A stretch of 64,000 nucleotides of DNA, from positions 1-64,000 of the forward strand of contig JAQBVF010000020.1 of the NCBI GenBank assembly GCA_027623675.1, in the 5' to 3' direction. Numbering within the stretch: position 1 is the first letter of the stretch; each line of letters starts with the position of its first letter. Of the stretch, positions 62,086 to 64,000 are shown piece by piece. The notes below the pieces were generated by a model, which had not been told where the DNA came from, did not search any database, and saw nothing but the letters and a program-made list of their open reading frames with translations. A program made the translations under genes and the position numbers. The stretch is from Chloroflexota bacterium (GTDB taxonomy: Bacteria; Chloroflexota; Dehalococcoidia; Lucifugimonadales; UBA3495).

Positions 62086-62793
62086 CTACCTGCCTCTAGA
62101 ATTCAGGTAGTTCTCCGCTCGGTGTAGGTCGTCAAAGGAATCTATACCGATCCAGAATTTGTTGGATTTCACTCCCAATATCCGCGATCTGCGGGCCAGA
62201 CCGGGGAAGGTATGCGTTTCATGGTCACCGATCTCAGGGAAATCATCGGCGACCCTCCCTTCCATCACGTATAGACCCGCGTTAACCCAATAGGGCAAAT
62301 GAGGGCTGTCTTCAAAGTCCAGGATCTGGTCTTGGTGATCCATCTGTATCACGCTATAGGGGCTAACAAATGGAACCACCATCATGGTCACCAGATGCGA
62401 AGGATTCTTTTTGGTCCGCTCGTCGTGACGCCGTAGCAACGTCATCAACGGTTCTTCGGTGATGGTGTCGCCATTGGTGACTACGATGGGAGCGGTCGCA
62501 TCAGTTACGACGGATAGTCCTTTCTTGACGGCTCCTCCTCTGCCCAGAGGCGAATCTTCAACGCTGTAATGGGCTCGAATCCCAAATGCCTGGCCATCTT
62601 GAAAGTGGTCTCGAACCGATTGCCAGCGGTATCCAACCAGGAATACCACCTCTGTAACTCCGCCGTCTCTGAGCCATTCCACCTGGTATTCCAGGACCGG
62701 ACGGCCATTTAGAGGCGCCATCGGTTTCGGAATATTGTCCGTAAGTGGGCGAAGCCGTTCGCCCCGCCCCCCCGCTAATATCAAACCAAACAA
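62086..62793 (-). CDS. Sugar-phosphate nucleotidyltransferase family protein
   Basis: LAGGRGERLRPLT..PKPM, EDSPLG, NGD and NAGLY. Confidence 0.88.
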   Translation of the reverse strand: MFGLILAGGRGERLRPLTDNIPKPMAPLNGRPVLEYQVEWLRDGGVTEVVFLVGYRWQSVRDHFQDGQAFGIRAHYSVEDSPLGRGGAVKKGLSVVTDATAPIVVTNGDTITEEPLMTLLRRHDERTKKNPSHLVTMMVVPFVSPYSVIQMDHQDQILDFEDSPHLPYWVNAGLYVMEGRVADDFPEIGDHETHTFPGLARRSRILGVKSNKFWIGIDSFDDLHRAENYLNSRGR

Positions 62794-63042
62794 ATTTCAC
62801 CTTGCTTCAACCGCATTGGGCGGACCACTTCGATTGGCTCATCTGACATTACCCCGAAGTTAGTAACGTTGACCAGCGGACCTGTCCGGCAACCGCTGCA
62901 ACGACCTCTTCCGGCGGTTTTCCGGCCCGGCATCACTGAGTCCCCACTTCGACATCCCATTCTAGCGGAGGGCTTTACTCTCCAGCGATGCTGGTTCTGG
63001 GGTAGGCCGGAGCCGATTTTATAGCCACCGGTATTCAAAAAG

Positions 63043-63073
63043 ATAAGGCCAGCGGTCTGACCGCTGGCCTTAT
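63043..63073. terminator. Hairpin, probable terminator of the TPR gene
   Basis: ATAAGGCCAGCGGT/ACCGCTGGCCTTAT 14-bp stem. Confidence 0.6.
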
Positions 63074-63125
63074 GAAACCTGTTGCCGTGTCTATTTACAG
63101 GCCGGGGGGGTCATCTGACTCTCGA

Positions 63126-63998
63126 TCAGTCGAAATGCGTGACCGCGTTCAGGGTGAAAAACCCCGCGTTACGGTAGTCCAGCGGAGGGGCCCGCAACCC
63201 GCTGATTGACTTGGCGGTCTCAAAGTCGGCCAATGACTGTTCTTGTTTTCCAAGGACGTGGTACAGGACTCCCCGGTTCGTAAAGTACGTGGCGTTTCCC
63301 GGGTCTAGTCGGATCGCTGTATCGAAATCGGTTAAGGCAGACTCGAATTCCTGGAAGGTTGCGTAGGCCTTGGCGCGTGTGTAATAGAAATTTGGCGTGT
63401 CCGGCTTGATCCGGATCGCTTCGCCTATCTCCGAAAACGCCTTATCGTACTCGCCAAAATAGGCGTAAATCTCACCACGGTCGGCGTAATGCTGTGGGCT
63501 CGGAAGTTTTAGTCCCTCAGACATATCTAGGACTTCCCGCGCGGACTCTTTCGCCTCCAACCGAGCGAGAATCTCGGCGCGAATCAAGTATGCCAAGCCA
63601 AGGTCCGGGTCCAACAAACTCGCATTTTCCGCAAGCGCTAGACCCTCCGTCAGGTTTCCAGCCGACGACTGATATTCGGCGTAATAAGCGTTGATCAGCG
63701 CATTTTGAGGAGAGCGCCTAAGCGCGGAAGCCAGGTCTGACCGGGAGTTTCGGCCGACGATGAACCCTCCCCGGATAGTGATGTCATTCTTGAAAGCCAC
63801 GAAACCTAGGGTCGCCAGCACTTCATCCATGGAGAAGCCAAGGCTATAACTTTTCTCGATGTCGTTGAAGGCAAGTGCTCCTTCTCCCGTGGCGAAGTAA
63901 GCAAGTCCCCGATAAAAGAGTGCGATCGCGTCCTCAGGGTTTTGCCTGATCTGTTCGGTGAAATAATCCACGTCGGATTCAACCCCGAGACTCGCGTG
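63126..63998 (-). CDS. TPR-repeat protein (C-terminal part, runs off the window end)
   Basis: Repeated Y..RG..Y...G....A..DF..AI.L.P patterns; the frame stays open to the window edge. Confidence 0.85.
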   Translation of the reverse strand, partial: HASLGVESDVDYFTEQIRQNPEDAIALFYRGLAYFATGEGALAFNDIEKSYSLGFSMDEVLATLGFVAFKNDITIRGGFIVGRNSRSDLASALRRSPQNALINAYYAEYQSSAGNLTEGLALAENASLLDPDLGLAYLIRAEILARLEAKESAREVLDMSEGLKLPSPQHYADRGEIYAYFGEYDKAFSEIGEAIRIKPDTPNFYYTRAKAYATFQEFESALTDFDTAIRLDPGNATYFTNRGVLYHVLGKQEQSLADFETAKSISGLRAPPLDYRNAGFFTLNAVTHFD

Positions 63999-64000
63999 GA

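Overview
A GC-rich bacterial chromosomal window. The gene content (luciferase-like monooxygenase, Rieske oxygenase, LigB-type dioxygenase, SDRs, NHL protein, HpcH aldolase, several lipoproteins) suggests Chloroflexota, probably Dehalococcoidia/SAR202; this is inference, and no marker RNA is present. It holds about 50 CDSs. Housekeeping genes: secG, gatB, sucCD, hflKC, ftsH, pth, ligA, glnA and two amt genes. The rest are mostly catabolic oxidoreductases, and the left end of an ISAs1-like element lies at the 5' edge. Notable signals, several of which the ORF track misses: (1) two genes with in-frame UGA in a UxxC motif followed by SECIS-like hairpins of identical spacing (a DsbA/FrnE-like protein and a DUF3179 lipoprotein), i.e. 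probable selenoproteins; (2) a non-cellulosomal cohesin-dockerin gene pair, made of a secreted 6xPPC-cohesin-dockerin protein and a membrane-anchored cohesin; (3) a remodelled FtsH/HflKC protease, where FtsH carries a second extracellular-type domain inside its protease domain and HflK carries a ~200-aa two-repeat acidic insertion; (4) a B12 mutase operon with 2-hydroxyisobutyryl-CoA mutase signatures plus its CoA ligase; (5) a nitrogen locus with phased GlnR-like boxes, no adjacent glnK, a 14-bp VNTR fused to an RBS, and an unannotated 27-aa membrane peptide; (6) an ECF42 sigma factor broken by an apparent 7-bp repeat collapse. All assignments come from reading motifs by eye; no searches were run.
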